DNA of 64,000 bases from Spirochaetia bacterium. GTDB taxonomy: Bacteria; Spirochaetota; Spirochaetia; CADAEX01. The translations under genes were made by a program, and so were the position numbers. The notes below the pieces were generated by a model. That model had not been told where the DNA came from. It saw only the letters and a program-made list of their open reading frames with translations, and ran no database searches. This document shows, one piece after another, positions 29,985 through 40,375 of this stretch; the stretch's first letter is position 1, and each line of letters begins with the position of its first letter. The stretch covers positions 1,152,001-1,216,000 of the forward strand of contig OY759746.1 of NCBI GenBank assembly GCA_963662795.1, written 5' to 3'.

Positions 29985-32975
29985 ATGAAAAATAATTTTA
30001 CTCTTGTTAATCAGTTCAAGGAAGTCCCGTTTGAAAAAATGATGGGAAAACGGATAAGCGAAATACTTCTCATTTGCAGCCAGTATGATAAATTCATGCT
30101 TGATGAAGACGGCAGAATTGACGATCAGCTGTTTCAGGAATATGTTTCACTCAATTTACGGTATCCGCCCCGCTTTACGCAGGTTTCTACAGAGGAAAAG
30201 GCATTTAAAGAGCTGAATTCAAAAAATTACGATCTTGCAATCACAATGCTGAATTTCAAGGGAACCCGTGTGTTTAATCTCGCGGATAAAATCAAGGATT
30301 TATATCCTGATATCCCGGTTGTAGTATTAAGCCCGTTTTCAAAGAACATATTTCTTCAGATAGAATCCCTTCAAATCATAAAGGCGGACTATGTTTTCTC
30401 ATGGCTCGGGAACGCGAGGCTCCTTCTTGCAATAGTTAAATTGATTGAAGACAAGATGAATGCCGAACATGATGTCGAGACCGGCGGAGTGCAGGTAATT
30501 ATTCTGGTGGAGGATTCAATAAGATATTATTCAAGCTACCTTCCCAATATTTACAGGCTCCTTTTCAAACAGGCGAGGAGAATAATGGAAGAGGGGCTTA
30601 ACGAATATGAACAGAATATGAGAATGAGGGGCCGGCCGAAAATACTCCTTGCAACAACGCTTGATGAGGCTAAAGAACTTTATGAAAAATACAAAAACAA
30701 CGTACTTGGAATTATTTCTGATATAGGATACAAGATCACCCGCCAGAGGGGGGAAAAAGAAGACTCCATGGCAGGACTAAAGCTCTGTAAAATCATAAGG
30801 GAAGACAATGAAGAGGTACCGATCCTTCTCCAGTCCGCCCAGCTTGACCTTAAATCAGAGGCGGAAAAGTACAATGCCTCGTTTATCTATAAGCATTCTG
30901 AGACGCTTCTCAAGGAATTAAGGGACTATATACGGGAAAGCTACGGATTCGGTGATTTTATCTTCAAGGGAATCGACGGAGTTCCTTTTGAAAAAGCAGG
31001 AAACCTGAAGGAATTACAGGAAAAACTGGCAGTCGTTCCAAGCGATGTTGTTTCACATCATATAAAGCAGAACCATTTTTCAAAATGGCTCAGGGCCAGG
31101 GCGCTTTTCTGCCTTGCTGATATTTTCAAGCCTATCCAGATTGCTGATTTCAACAATTCCCTCCCCGCCACAAAAAAACACCTTATTGAAATAATAAGAC
31201 TTTACAGGGAGTATACCGGCAAAGGATCGATAGCAAGTTTTGACAATAAAAGATTTGACGAATTTACCTATTTCTCAAGAATAGGAGACGGATCACTCGG
31301 AGGCAAGGGAAGAGGACTTGCGTTTATAGACTCCATCATAAAAAAGCAGGGTCTTACTTTCAAATTCAAGGAGATACACATCAGAATCCCTAGAACCGTT
31401 GTCATATCAACTTCGGTTTTTGAGGATTTCATGGAACTTAACAATCTCTATGACACAGCTTTTTCCGGAACTGACGACTCTTCCATACTGCACAGCTTCC
31501 TTCACGCAGATCTGCCCGTTTATGTAAAAGAAAACATAAAGGCACTGCTTGAGATAATAACGGTGCCCCTGGCCGTGCGCTCATCAAGCCTTCTTGAAGA
31601 CTCTCTTTACCAGCCTTTCGCCGGCGTCTATGCGACATATATGCTTCCCAATAAAAACAAAGACCTTACAATAAGATGTCTTCAGCTTGAGCAGGCTGTG
31701 AAGAGTGTGTATGCATCAACCTACTTTAAAAAAAGCAAACTCTATATTTCTGCCACAAAAAATGTAATTGATGAAGAAAAAATGGCTGTTATTATTCAGG
31801 AGCTTGCGGGAAAAGAGCACAACAGCAATTTTTACCCCGATTTTTCAGGTGTAGCACGCTCCTATAACTATTATCCGATCGCCAATGAAAAAACAGAGGA
31901 AGGAATTGCCGAAATTGCGCTCGGCCTCGGGAAAACAGTAGTTGACGGAGGGTCAGGATTAAGGTTCAGCCCTTCCCATCCGAAAAAAATCCTGCAGTTT
32001 TCCTCTGTTGAATCTACAATGTCCTCTACCCAGAAATTATTCTATGCACTGGATCTTGATCCCTACAGTTTTACACCCACCATCAGGCAGGAAGAAAACA
32101 TGCCGCTGCTTGATATCAGCGAAGCTGAGAGTATTCCGGGATTCAGGTATATGGCTTCAACCTATGACATGCAGAATAACACCATAAAAGACACAATAAC
32201 AATTGATGGTCAGAGACTGATAACTTTCGCCGGAATACTTAAATACGACATGTTTCCCCTTGCGGAAATACTGAAAAAACTGCTTAAACTGGGCCATGAT
32301 TCAATGAAATGCCCGATTGAAATTGAATTTGCCGTAAATTTAAACTCAACTCCTGAGGAACCCCATGTTTTCAGTTTTCTGCAGATAAGGCCTATTGTTG
32401 AGGGAGAAGAGGAAATCGATCTTAGAATCAGTAATTATGGTAATGAGCAGCTTATTGTGCATTCAATGAAAGCGCTTGGAAACGGAAAATTTGACAGCAT
32501 ATTTGACCTTATCTATATCAAACCCGAGAGTTTTGATCCGGCCTATACCGGCGCCATAGCTGAAGAACTCGACAGGATAAACAGTGATTTTGTAAAAAAA
32601 GAGCTTAATTACATACTGATGGTTCCAGGCAGGCTTGGTTCCAGCGACCCGTGGCTGGGTATTCCTGTAAACTGGGCGCAGATAAGCAACGCAAAACTGA
32701 TTATTGAATCCGGGCTTAAAAATTTTCAGGTGGAACCAAGCCAGGGGACACATTTTTTTCAGAATATCACGTCCCTCGGCATAGCCTACTTTACCATAAA
32801 TACTGTCCATAATGACGGATACGCTGATTTCAAGTATCTTGAGACCCTGCCTGCGGTTTTTGAAGACAATTTTATAAGGCATATTGTTTTTAAGGAACCT
32901 GTTACAGTAATTGTTGACGGGAAAAAACGGGAAGGGATAATTCTGAAGCCGGGCAGCAATATACAGGGAAGATAA
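29985..32975 (+). CDS. Receiver-domain + PEP-synthase/PPDK N-terminal (ATP-grasp) domain protein
   Basis: Receiver-like segments (ILVEDS...IISDIG), LGGKGRGL, LAVRSSSLLED...FAGVYAT and IEFA...FLQIRP. No C-terminal PEP/pyruvate barrel. Start probably ATG 29985 (track 29937). Confidence 0.85.
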   Translation: MKNNFTLVNQFKEVPFEKMMGKRISEILLICSQYDKFMLDEDGRIDDQLFQEYVSLNLRYPPRFTQVSTEEKAFKELNSKNYDLAITMLNFKGTRVFNLADKIKDLYPDIPVVVLSPFSKNIFLQIESLQIIKADYVFSWLGNARLLLAIVKLIEDKMNAEHDVETGGVQVIILVEDSIRYYSSYLPNIYRLLFKQARRIMEEGLNEYEQNMRMRGRPKILLATTLDEAKELYEKYKNNVLGIISDIGYKITRQRGEKEDSMAGLKLCKIIREDNEEVPILLQSAQLDLKSEAEKYNASFIYKHSETLLKELRDYIRESYGFGDFIFKGIDGVPFEKAGNLKELQEKLAVVPSDVVSHHIKQNHFSKWLRARALFCLADIFKPIQIADFNNSLPATKKHLIEIIRLYREYTGKGSIASFDNKRFDEFTYFSRIGDGSLGGKGRGLAFIDSIIKKQGLTFKFKEIHIRIPRTVVISTSVFEDFMELNNLYDTAFSGTDDSSILHSFLHADLPVYVKENIKALLEIITVPLAVRSSSLLEDSLYQPFAGVYATYMLPNKNKDLTIRCLQLEQAVKSVYASTYFKKSKLYISATKNVIDEEKMAVIIQELAGKEHNSNFYPDFSGVARSYNYYPIANEKTEEGIAEIALGLGKTVVDGGSGLRFSPSHPKKILQFSSVESTMSSTQKLFYALDLDPYSFTPTIRQEENMPLLDISEAESIPGFRYMASTYDMQNNTIKDTITIDGQRLITFAGILKYDMFPLAEILKKLLKLGHDSMKCPIEIEFAVNLNSTPEEPHVFSFLQIRPIVEGEEEIDLRISNYGNEQLIVHSMKALGNGKFDSIFDLIYIKPESFDPAYTGAIAEELDRINSDFVKKELNYILMVPGRLGSSDPWLGIPVNWAQISNAKLIIESGLKNFQVEPSQGTHFFQNITSLGIAYFTINTVHNDGYADFKYLETLPAVFEDNFIRHIVFKEPVTVIVDGKKREGIILKPGSNIQGR

Positions 32976-33029
32976 TACATAATCCTCATTGAGATTGACT
33001 CAAATATTCCATATATGTATCATCTTTGC

Positions 33030-35456
33030 ATGAGCAAATACCCTTTTAAACAAATAGAAAAAAAATGGCAGAAATACTGGGAAGACAACAAAACTTTCCG
33101 CGTTACTGAAGATGAATCCGTACCGGCAGAGAAAAGAAAATATGTGCTGGATATGTTCCCCTACCCGTCCGGGGCAGGGCTGCACGTAGGTCACCCGGAA
33201 GGGTATACCGCGACCGACATATACTGCAGATACCTGCGGATGAACGGATATGCAGTCCTCCATCCCATGGGTTTTGATTCCTTCGGTCTGCCTGCCGAAA
33301 ACTACGCAATCAAAACAGGAACCCATCCGAGGATTTCAACAGAAAAAAATATAAAGCTTTTCACAAAGCAGATTAAATCTTTCGGGTTCTGTTATGACTG
33401 GGACAGAGAAATCTCAACACATACAGAGGAATATTATAAATGGACACAGTGGATATTCCTTAAGCTTTATGAACAGGGCCTTGCTTACGAAGCGGAAATG
33501 CCCATCAACTTCTGCCCTTCATGCAGGACTGGAATTGCCAACGAAGAGGTCAAGGAAGGTAAATGCGAAAGGTGCGGCACACAGGTATCACGCAAGAGCG
33601 TAAGACAGTGGATGCTGAGGATTACGAAATACGCTGAAAGACTGCTGGCAGACCTTGATACGCTTGACTGGAGTGAAGCCATTAAAGCAATGCAGAGGAA
33701 CTGGATCGGCAGAAGCGAAGGCGCCAATGTTATTTTTTCGCTTGAAAACTCAAGCGAAAGCCTGGAAGTATATACAACACGGCCGGATACCCTTTTCGGC
33801 GCGACTTATATGGTCCTCTCTCCTGAGCACCCCCTTGTCAAAAAAATAACAACAGACGGACAGAGGAAAGAGGTTGAGGAATATGTCAGACAGGCAAGCT
33901 TTAAAAGCGATCTTGAGCGGACAGACCTCGCGAAGGATAAAACCGGGGCTTTTACGGGAAGCTATGCCGTAAATCCCGTTAATAACGAGAAAATACCGGT
34001 ATGGATATCCGATTATGTACTTTTGACCTACGGCACAGGGGCCATCATGGCCGTTCCTGCGCATGACGAAAGAGACTTTGAATTCGCGGTTAAATTCAAC
34101 CTCCCCATAAAACAGGTAGTATCAAAAGACGGATCCCTTTATGAACTTAAAGAAGCCTATATTGACAAGGAAGACGGGGTATCTGTCAATTCAGGAAGAT
34201 TTACAGGAATGAAAACGCCTGATGCGATCAGGGAAATAATAAAATGGCTTAATGAAATGGGTAAAGGGGAAAAGACAGTCAACTATAAGCTAAGGGACTG
34301 GATTTTCTCGCGCCAGAGGTTCTGGGGAGAGCCCATACCGGTTATTCACTGTCCCGAATGCGGAATAGTGCCCCTGCCCGAGGATCAACTCCCTCTTACC
34401 TTGCCCGAAGTTGAAACCTATGTAACGACAGGGACAGGGGAATCCCCCCTTGCCGCAATAACTGACTGGGTAAATACTACCTGTCATATATGCGGCGGAA
34501 AGGCGAAAAGGGAGACAAACACAATGCCCCAGTGGGCAGGATCGTGCTGGTATTACCTCAGGTTCATAGACCCGCACAATGATAAAGTGTTTGTATCACC
34601 TGAAAAGGAAAAGTACTGGGCTCCTGTTGATCTTTACGTGGGCGGAGCCGAACACGCTGTTCTTCACCTTCTTTACGCGCGGTTCTGGCACAAGGTGCTT
34701 TATGATATCGGAGCGGTAAGCACAATTGAACCGTTTCAGAGGCTTGTAAATCAGGGGATGATTCTCGGTGAAGGGGGGGTTAAAATGTCAAAATCCCTCG
34801 GCAATGTAATAAATCCTGATGATGTAATTCAAAGCTACGGCGCGGATTCCATGAGACTCTATGAAATGTTTATGGGCCCTCTCAGCGTATCAAAGCCGTG
34901 GGCAACAACAGGTATTTCAGGAGTTTACAGATTCCTCGACAGGATATGGAGATTATCTGAGGAAAAAGAGTTTACAGAAACACCTGCGCCGGAAGAACTT
35001 GACCGGCTTCTTCACAAGACTATAAAAAAAGTAACAACTGATACAGCCAACCTTGAATTCAACACAGCGATTGCGCAGATGATGATCTTCATGAATGACC
35101 TCATCAAGGCGGATAAGGTAAACAGGACAATGTGGATGACTTTCATTAAACTGCTCTCTCCTTACGCCCCGCATATAGCCGAAGAATTATGGGAAAAAGC
35201 AGGAGGAGAACCCTCCCTTGCAAACCAGATGTGGCCGAAGTGGGAAGAAGCAAAAACAGTTGAAGATGAAGTTACAGTTGTACTTCAGATAGGCAGCAAA
35301 AACAGAAGCACAATAATTGTTCCCAAAGGGTGTTCACGTGAAAAACTTGAGAAACTGGCCAGGGAAAATGAAAGGATAGCGGAACTGCTGGATGGAAAAA
35401 CAGTTGTTAAATCCATCGTTGTTCCTGATAAGCTTGTAAACTTTGTTGTAAAATAA
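33030..35456 (+). CDS. leuS: Leucine--tRNA ligase
   Basis: MFPYPSG, HVGH and KMSKS motifs. Start ATG 33030. Confidence 0.98.
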   Translation: MSKYPFKQIEKKWQKYWEDNKTFRVTEDESVPAEKRKYVLDMFPYPSGAGLHVGHPEGYTATDIYCRYLRMNGYAVLHPMGFDSFGLPAENYAIKTGTHPRISTEKNIKLFTKQIKSFGFCYDWDREISTHTEEYYKWTQWIFLKLYEQGLAYEAEMPINFCPSCRTGIANEEVKEGKCERCGTQVSRKSVRQWMLRITKYAERLLADLDTLDWSEAIKAMQRNWIGRSEGANVIFSLENSSESLEVYTTRPDTLFGATYMVLSPEHPLVKKITTDGQRKEVEEYVRQASFKSDLERTDLAKDKTGAFTGSYAVNPVNNEKIPVWISDYVLLTYGTGAIMAVPAHDERDFEFAVKFNLPIKQVVSKDGSLYELKEAYIDKEDGVSVNSGRFTGMKTPDAIREIIKWLNEMGKGEKTVNYKLRDWIFSRQRFWGEPIPVIHCPECGIVPLPEDQLPLTLPEVETYVTTGTGESPLAAITDWVNTTCHICGGKAKRETNTMPQWAGSCWYYLRFIDPHNDKVFVSPEKEKYWAPVDLYVGGAEHAVLHLLYARFWHKVLYDIGAVSTIEPFQRLVNQGMILGEGGVKMSKSLGNVINPDDVIQSYGADSMRLYEMFMGPLSVSKPWATTGISGVYRFLDRIWRLSEEKEFTETPAPEELDRLLHKTIKKVTTDTANLEFNTAIAQMMIFMNDLIKADKVNRTMWMTFIKLLSPYAPHIAEELWEKAGGEPSLANQMWPKWEEAKTVEDEVTVVLQIGSKNRSTIIVPKGCSREKLEKLARENERIAELLDGKTVVKSIVVPDKLVNFVVK

Positions 35457-35457
35457 T

Positions 35458-36636
35458 ATGGATAAAATTCGGGAAACCTATTTAAGCCGGCAGAAAAAAA
35501 CTTCGGATTATCTTCTTGAGGAAGGTATTTCTGCCGCAGTATTAAAGGATTTTGAAGGAAGCAGGAACTCGTCGATAAGATATCTGACAGGGCATCCCCA
35601 GGATGCCCTTCTTTTTATTTTTTCTGACGGCAGAACAATACTGCTGCCCTGGGACATACTTCTCGCGGAAAAAAACGCTTATTGCGGCGAAATTATCCCT
35701 TATACAGACTATAACCGTAATTTCATAAAAGCCGCTGCCGCAGTTACTTCTGAAAAACTGTCAGACAGATTTCTGCCCCGGGAAAGCGGAAATACAGAAG
35801 GGCTGCTTAAACTGGAATTTTCGTCAGCTTCCACCTGGCTTGAAATTCTCTCGCTTAAAGATGAGATTTCCGGTTTTGAAATAATCTGCAGGGAAAACGG
35901 GATTGATTTTTTTCTTGATTCCTGCAGGATGATCAAGGACAGTATTGAAATTGATATATACAGGGAAGCTTCAGCAGTAACAGATAAAATTATTGATGAG
36001 CTTGAACGTTATATCAGAAAAAATATTTCAGCCCGCGGTAATACAATCAAGGAAACAGATATTGCTTTTACCATTGAAAAACTTGCAAGAGATATGGGAT
36101 GCGAAGGAACGGGATTTGAGACTCTTGCCGCTGCTGCTGAAAGAAGCTGGGCAATCCACCCCTGGCCGACCTTTTCATCCGGGCCTGTTCATGCAAAAGG
36201 CCTTACAATTATAGATTTCGGAATCAGGTATAAAGGCTATACAACAGATGTAACAATGACTGTCGCGGGAAAAAACCTGACAGAAAAACAGAAAGAAATG
36301 ATCAGCCTTGTTGAAAAAGCCTCATATCTTGCAGAAAAATCACTTAAGCCGGGAATAAGCGTTTCTTCCCCTGCCGATGCTGTTGACTTACTTCTAAATA
36401 AGGCCGGCTATGCAATGCCCCATTCCCTCGGTCACGGCATAGGTCTTGATGTCCATGAAGCTCCCATTCTAAAAGCCCCCTCAGACAACCCAGTTATGCT
36501 TAAGGAGGGAATGGTCATTACTCTGGAACCAGGTCTTTATGACAGGGATGAGGGCGGAGTAAGGCTTGAAAATGATTTTCTGATAACTAAAGAGGGGTGT
36601 GAAAAGCTTACCAGCTCCCGGATTGTATTTCTGTAG
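35458..36636 (+). CDS. Xaa-Pro peptidase (M24B)
   Basis: IDFG...YTTD, HSLGHGIGLDVHE, EPGLY and GVRLEND motifs. Confidence 0.93.
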   Translation: MDKIRETYLSRQKKTSDYLLEEGISAAVLKDFEGSRNSSIRYLTGHPQDALLFIFSDGRTILLPWDILLAEKNAYCGEIIPYTDYNRNFIKAAAAVTSEKLSDRFLPRESGNTEGLLKLEFSSASTWLEILSLKDEISGFEIICRENGIDFFLDSCRMIKDSIEIDIYREASAVTDKIIDELERYIRKNISARGNTIKETDIAFTIEKLARDMGCEGTGFETLAAAAERSWAIHPWPTFSSGPVHAKGLTIIDFGIRYKGYTTDVTMTVAGKNLTEKQKEMISLVEKASYLAEKSLKPGISVSSPADAVDLLLNKAGYAMPHSLGHGIGLDVHEAPILKAPSDNPVMLKEGMVITLEPGLYDRDEGGVRLENDFLITKEGCEKLTSSRIVFL

Positions 36637-37399
36637 TCCCGGAAAACCAGGCCTGCCAGCCGCTCCTGTCCATGAAAATTTCAATATACCTGTTATTTTG
36701 ATAATCCTTATCTTCTGCACCGCAGATTGCTGAAACCAGTAAAATATTTCTTTCAGGCAGGGAAGATACATCAAGAATCCCGTCCAGCTGAGTAAATATC
36801 CGCCGGTCAAGCATGTTGGAAAGTACCCAAAGGGTTTCTGAATATTCACAGGGAAGAGACAGGCAGATATTGTGTATTTCCCGTTTTTTTACAAAATTTG
36901 AATTAAAGATACCAAAGGATAATGCATATGTAATCTCCTCTTCAGAGAACATCCATGGATTACCGCAGGATGTCTCTATCAGAATTTTTTCAAACCTGCC
37001 GATGTTGAAGTTTTCAAGACTGATCCCGGCAGTTATCAGATTGCTGATTACTTCAGCCGCAAATCCGTCTTCCCATCCTATATAAAGTTTTCCGTCTGCC
37101 TTATAGTCCTCAGGGTAAACCCCGCCGGCAGGATAGAGGGCAGTGCCTGATGCGGTATAGGCCGGAGCTGAAACAGGAAGAACCGGTAAATCTGAAGAAA
37201 TTATGACAATCTCTCCAGGACTGTAAAACACTGGTTCCTCTTCAGATGTTAAGCCGGGATAATCAAGCCGGAAACGGATATTCTGCCCGCTTCCGCATAA
37301 GCGGGCCGGGAGATCAGGTAAAACTATCTCAAGTTCATATTTACAGGAATCTGAGCATCCTGCAGCAAATATCAGCAGAATCATACAAACAACAGCCAT
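36608..37399 (-). CDS. Hypothetical lipoprotein
   Basis: Lipobox AAGC; no recognised domain. Confidence 0.65.
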   Translation of the reverse strand: MAVVCMILLIFAAGCSDSCKYELEIVLPDLPARLCGSGQNIRFRLDYPGLTSEEEPVFYSPGEIVIISSDLPVLPVSAPAYTASGTALYPAGGVYPEDYKADGKLYIGWEDGFAAEVISNLITAGISLENFNIGRFEKILIETSCGNPWMFSEEEITYALSFGIFNSNFVKKREIHNICLSLPCEYSETLWVLSNMLDRRIFTQLDGILDVSSLPERNILLVSAICGAEDKDYQNNRYIEIFMDRSGWQAWFSGTTEIQSGSW

Positions 37400-37493
37400 A
37401 CCATGATGTACATGCTATCCGGTCATAATGATTCAAAACAGCTGTTATCCATACCGTATACTGATTCTGCAGGTGATAATTCAGTGTGATTTT

Positions 37494-38075
37494 TCAGTGT
37501 ATTGTTTTAAGATCGGATTTATATATCTCCCTGATTTTCAGAAAGACCTTAGCATACTCTTCTGTCCTGTAATCAGCATAAGTCCAGGGAAGGGCTTCAA
37601 ACCTGCCGCCCCGGAAAATAAGTGTAATTTCTTCATAGATACCGTCTCTTACAGGAACCCTGTGAACATTGTCCTTGGTAGTAGCAAGTATAAGCCTGCT
37701 TGAACACAGGAGCCCCGGATCAAAGTTGACCCTGCGGTGTTCCTCTCCATCCTGTTCCTCATCAGATTTTACACGGACTGAGTAAAGTTTTTCCAGATAA
37801 TTTGTATGTATTTTTATATCTGCAAGCTTAGATGGATCCACCAGGCTTTTGAAAGAAACAAATACTCTCCGAATATTATCCCCCATTTCACTGTTATAAT
37901 AATCTGTATAATTAAAATCCATTAAAGGGCTTACATAATCAATCTCCCCGATTTCATCGGAAAGTGTTTTGATTATTTCATCCTGACGGCTGCTCAAAGT
38001 AGTGAGAATTCCAATTATTAATTTATGTTTCTGAAAGCATTTTATTTCACCCAGGAAATTACAATCTCCTTGCAA
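37494..38075 (-). CDS. DUF4416-family protein
   Basis: YTDYYNSEMG, RRVNFDPG, LATTKD and PWTYADY motifs. Start uncertain (TTG 38075 or CTG 38054). Confidence 0.8.
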   Translation of the reverse strand: MQGDCNFLGEIKCFQKHKLIIGILTTLSSRQDEIIKTLSDEIGEIDYVSPLMDFNYTDYYNSEMGDNIRRVFVSFKSLVDPSKLADIKIHTNYLEKLYSVRVKSDEEQDGEEHRRVNFDPGLLCSSRLILATTKDNVHRVPVRDGIYEEITLIFRGGRFEALPWTYADYRTEEYAKVFLKIREIYKSDLKTIH

Positions 38076-38107
38076 ATCTAACCTATTTCAACCATAATAA
38101 TACTATT

Positions 38108-39541
38108 ATGAAGAAAATCAAGGAATTTCAGGAAGAACTTACGGCAGCCCTTGAACAGCAAAAAGAATATCTTGAGACTGAAATACTCCCTAAATCCCGA
38201 GGCTTATTTAAAACATATCATTCTGCCTTTAACGCGGTTTTTATGCTTCTGCTTAAAAAAGCCCTTATAAAGGATGATCCATACAAGCATGAATATAAAA
38301 TATCAGAGATAACAGTTCCCCCGAATACGCAGATTATTGAAACGGAAAAAGCCTCTCAGCTGGGAATCAGGCTCTCTTTTTACCTAACACAGCTTGATTA
38401 TATAAACAGCTATTATTCATACACAACCCAGTTTATGACACTAAAAAGAATAAAACTTATAACAGACCTGTTGAATTATATAGACTGGGATATGATAGCA
38501 GAAACATCAGCAAGCCCTGCGAACCGCATGCTTGCCGGATTATTAATAAAAATACGGCAGGGAACAGACCAGATAGCAGTTTCTGTCATCAACACATCCA
38601 TAAACCAGCTAAGTTCCATAAGAAAAATACTAATTGAAAATCTTCAGCTTGTTAAAAAGCTTCACAATGAGACATATAAACTAATGGTGAGGGAAAAGAT
38701 TCTGCTTCAGAGCAGCATCCTTAAATATGGTCTTGAAAATTCAGCGGAAGACACCCTTTCTTCAATAAAAAAGAAATTCACAGAGGTACTGCCGGGAGAA
38801 ATATTCAGACAGGACCTTATAAATGAGCTGATAGCAGAAGAATTTTCTGCTGAATCAGAAGAACTTAAGGAAGAGCTGCTGACGGCCCTGACTCCGGAAG
38901 CTCCGGAGAAAAAAAAAGAAGATCCCATAAAAATAAAAAAACCTCTTCTCAACATGCTTGTAAACGCCGCCCTCACAATCTGCACTTCCTATGCTCAGAT
39001 CAGATCAGCACTGGAAAAAATTGAAAACAATTTTAAAGTGCTTGAAGAGCCCAGAGGCTCCGCCTTTATAAAATGGCTGTACAAAGTACTTAAGGCTGAT
39101 AAAAAAAGAACAAGGATTTTTGAAATTGAATTTATTGATGATCTTGCAGGGCTTAAAAAAACAGAGAAAATTGATCTTCCTGTCTTTGTAAAAAAATATT
39201 TGGCTCTCCTTGCAGGCTTAAGCAGTGCGAAATTGAAATCAGAATTCTCGGTTCTTGAATCAACTGAAAAAAAAGAGGATTATCTTCTTGTATTTATCGG
39301 GGAACAGAGTACAGCATTAAAATCATTTATCCTTCAGGGACAGGGAATTGACCGCTATATAAAAAAAAGGGCAAAAGATGAAAAAATATCTTCCGCCCAT
39401 CTGAAGGGGATACTGCTGGAAATAAATGCAATCAAAAACTGCATAATCAAGGCACAGCAGCTTTCCCAGGAATATATCTCGGATAAGGAAGAATACAATC
39501 AGTTTAAATCACTTGGTATTGCTGAAAAATCAGTGGATTAA
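38108..39541 (+). CDS. Hypothetical helical protein
   Basis: 477-aa ORF with coding-like composition; no recognised domain. Confidence 0.7.
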   Translation: MKKIKEFQEELTAALEQQKEYLETEILPKSRGLFKTYHSAFNAVFMLLLKKALIKDDPYKHEYKISEITVPPNTQIIETEKASQLGIRLSFYLTQLDYINSYYSYTTQFMTLKRIKLITDLLNYIDWDMIAETSASPANRMLAGLLIKIRQGTDQIAVSVINTSINQLSSIRKILIENLQLVKKLHNETYKLMVREKILLQSSILKYGLENSAEDTLSSIKKKFTEVLPGEIFRQDLINELIAEEFSAESEELKEELLTALTPEAPEKKKEDPIKIKKPLLNMLVNAALTICTSYAQIRSALEKIENNFKVLEEPRGSAFIKWLYKVLKADKKRTRIFEIEFIDDLAGLKKTEKIDLPVFVKKYLALLAGLSSAKLKSEFSVLESTEKKEDYLLVFIGEQSTALKSFILQGQGIDRYIKKRAKDEKISSAHLKGILLEINAIKNCIIKAQQLSQEYISDKEEYNQFKSLGIAEKSVD

Positions 39542-40228
39542 ATAGGCTATCTCGTTTTTCTCAAGACTGCTCTCAAGTCTTCCCTTAAACTCTCTTTCTA
39601 TTTTGTTCTGATATTCAAGTATTCCTGAAATATAATCAAGCGTTTTCCGCGGCGTTCCGTTCCTCTCAACCTTTGTTCTTCCTGCATTATACATTGCAAG
39701 AGCTACTATTTCGTTTCCGCCTGTATCAAGACACCATTTCAGATGTTTTATGCCATTTACAATATTTATTTCAGGTTTAAAAAAGTCTTTTTCACTTAAT
39801 TCCGGGAACGCAAGAGAATTCAATTGAAAAAGGCCCCTGTCTACAGAATTTTTATTATAGTTTATTGCCCTGTTGATAAATCTGCTCTCATTCCATACAA
39901 GAGAAAAAACAAAACTGTATGGCAGGTCATATTTGTCAGCATATTGAAGAATCAGTCTGGAATAGTCTTCTGACCCTGATATCCCGGTGTAGAAATCATT
40001 AATATACTTTCTTGTATACACATTACTGTACATCTGTTTTTCAATAACAGATACATCAAAATCAAGCGAAAGCCCTGGTATATAAAGCAGACGGTTTTCA
40101 TCTGCAGAGGTATTATCCGTTATTCCATTGACTGAAACTGTTTCCCCGCGCCCTTTTTTCCCCGGGTCTATCATGCTGAACGACAATAAAAGCGGAGCAG
40201 CGAGTAAAATCAGTATTACCCTTTTAAT
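39530..40228 (-). CDS. Lytic transglycosylase (SLT domain), secreted
   Basis: VWNES (catalytic Glu), GLFQL and ALAMYNAG motifs. Extended to an in-frame ATT at 40228 behind GGAGGA, which restores a signal peptide. Confidence 0.85.
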   Translation of the reverse strand: MKRVILILLAAPLLLSFSMIDPGKKGRGETVSVNGITDNTSADENRLLYIPGLSLDFDVSVIEKQMYSNVYTRKYINDFYTGISGSEDYSRLILQYADKYDLPYSFVFSLVWNESRFINRAINYNKNSVDRGLFQLNSLAFPELSEKDFFKPEINIVNGIKHLKWCLDTGGNEIVALAMYNAGRTKVERNGTPRKTLDYISGILEYQNKIEREFKGRLESSLEKNEIAYLIH

Positions 40229-40375
40229 AATATTTCCTCCAAAAATTTGAAATTTCCAGTCTGAAATAATACATAAATGACTGGAGTAGTCAAGTTTCAG
40301 GCAGCTTAAGATCGAAAAAAATGAATATTTTTATGGTAAATCATGATTTATGTGCTATAATTTGGGGTTTTGCAC

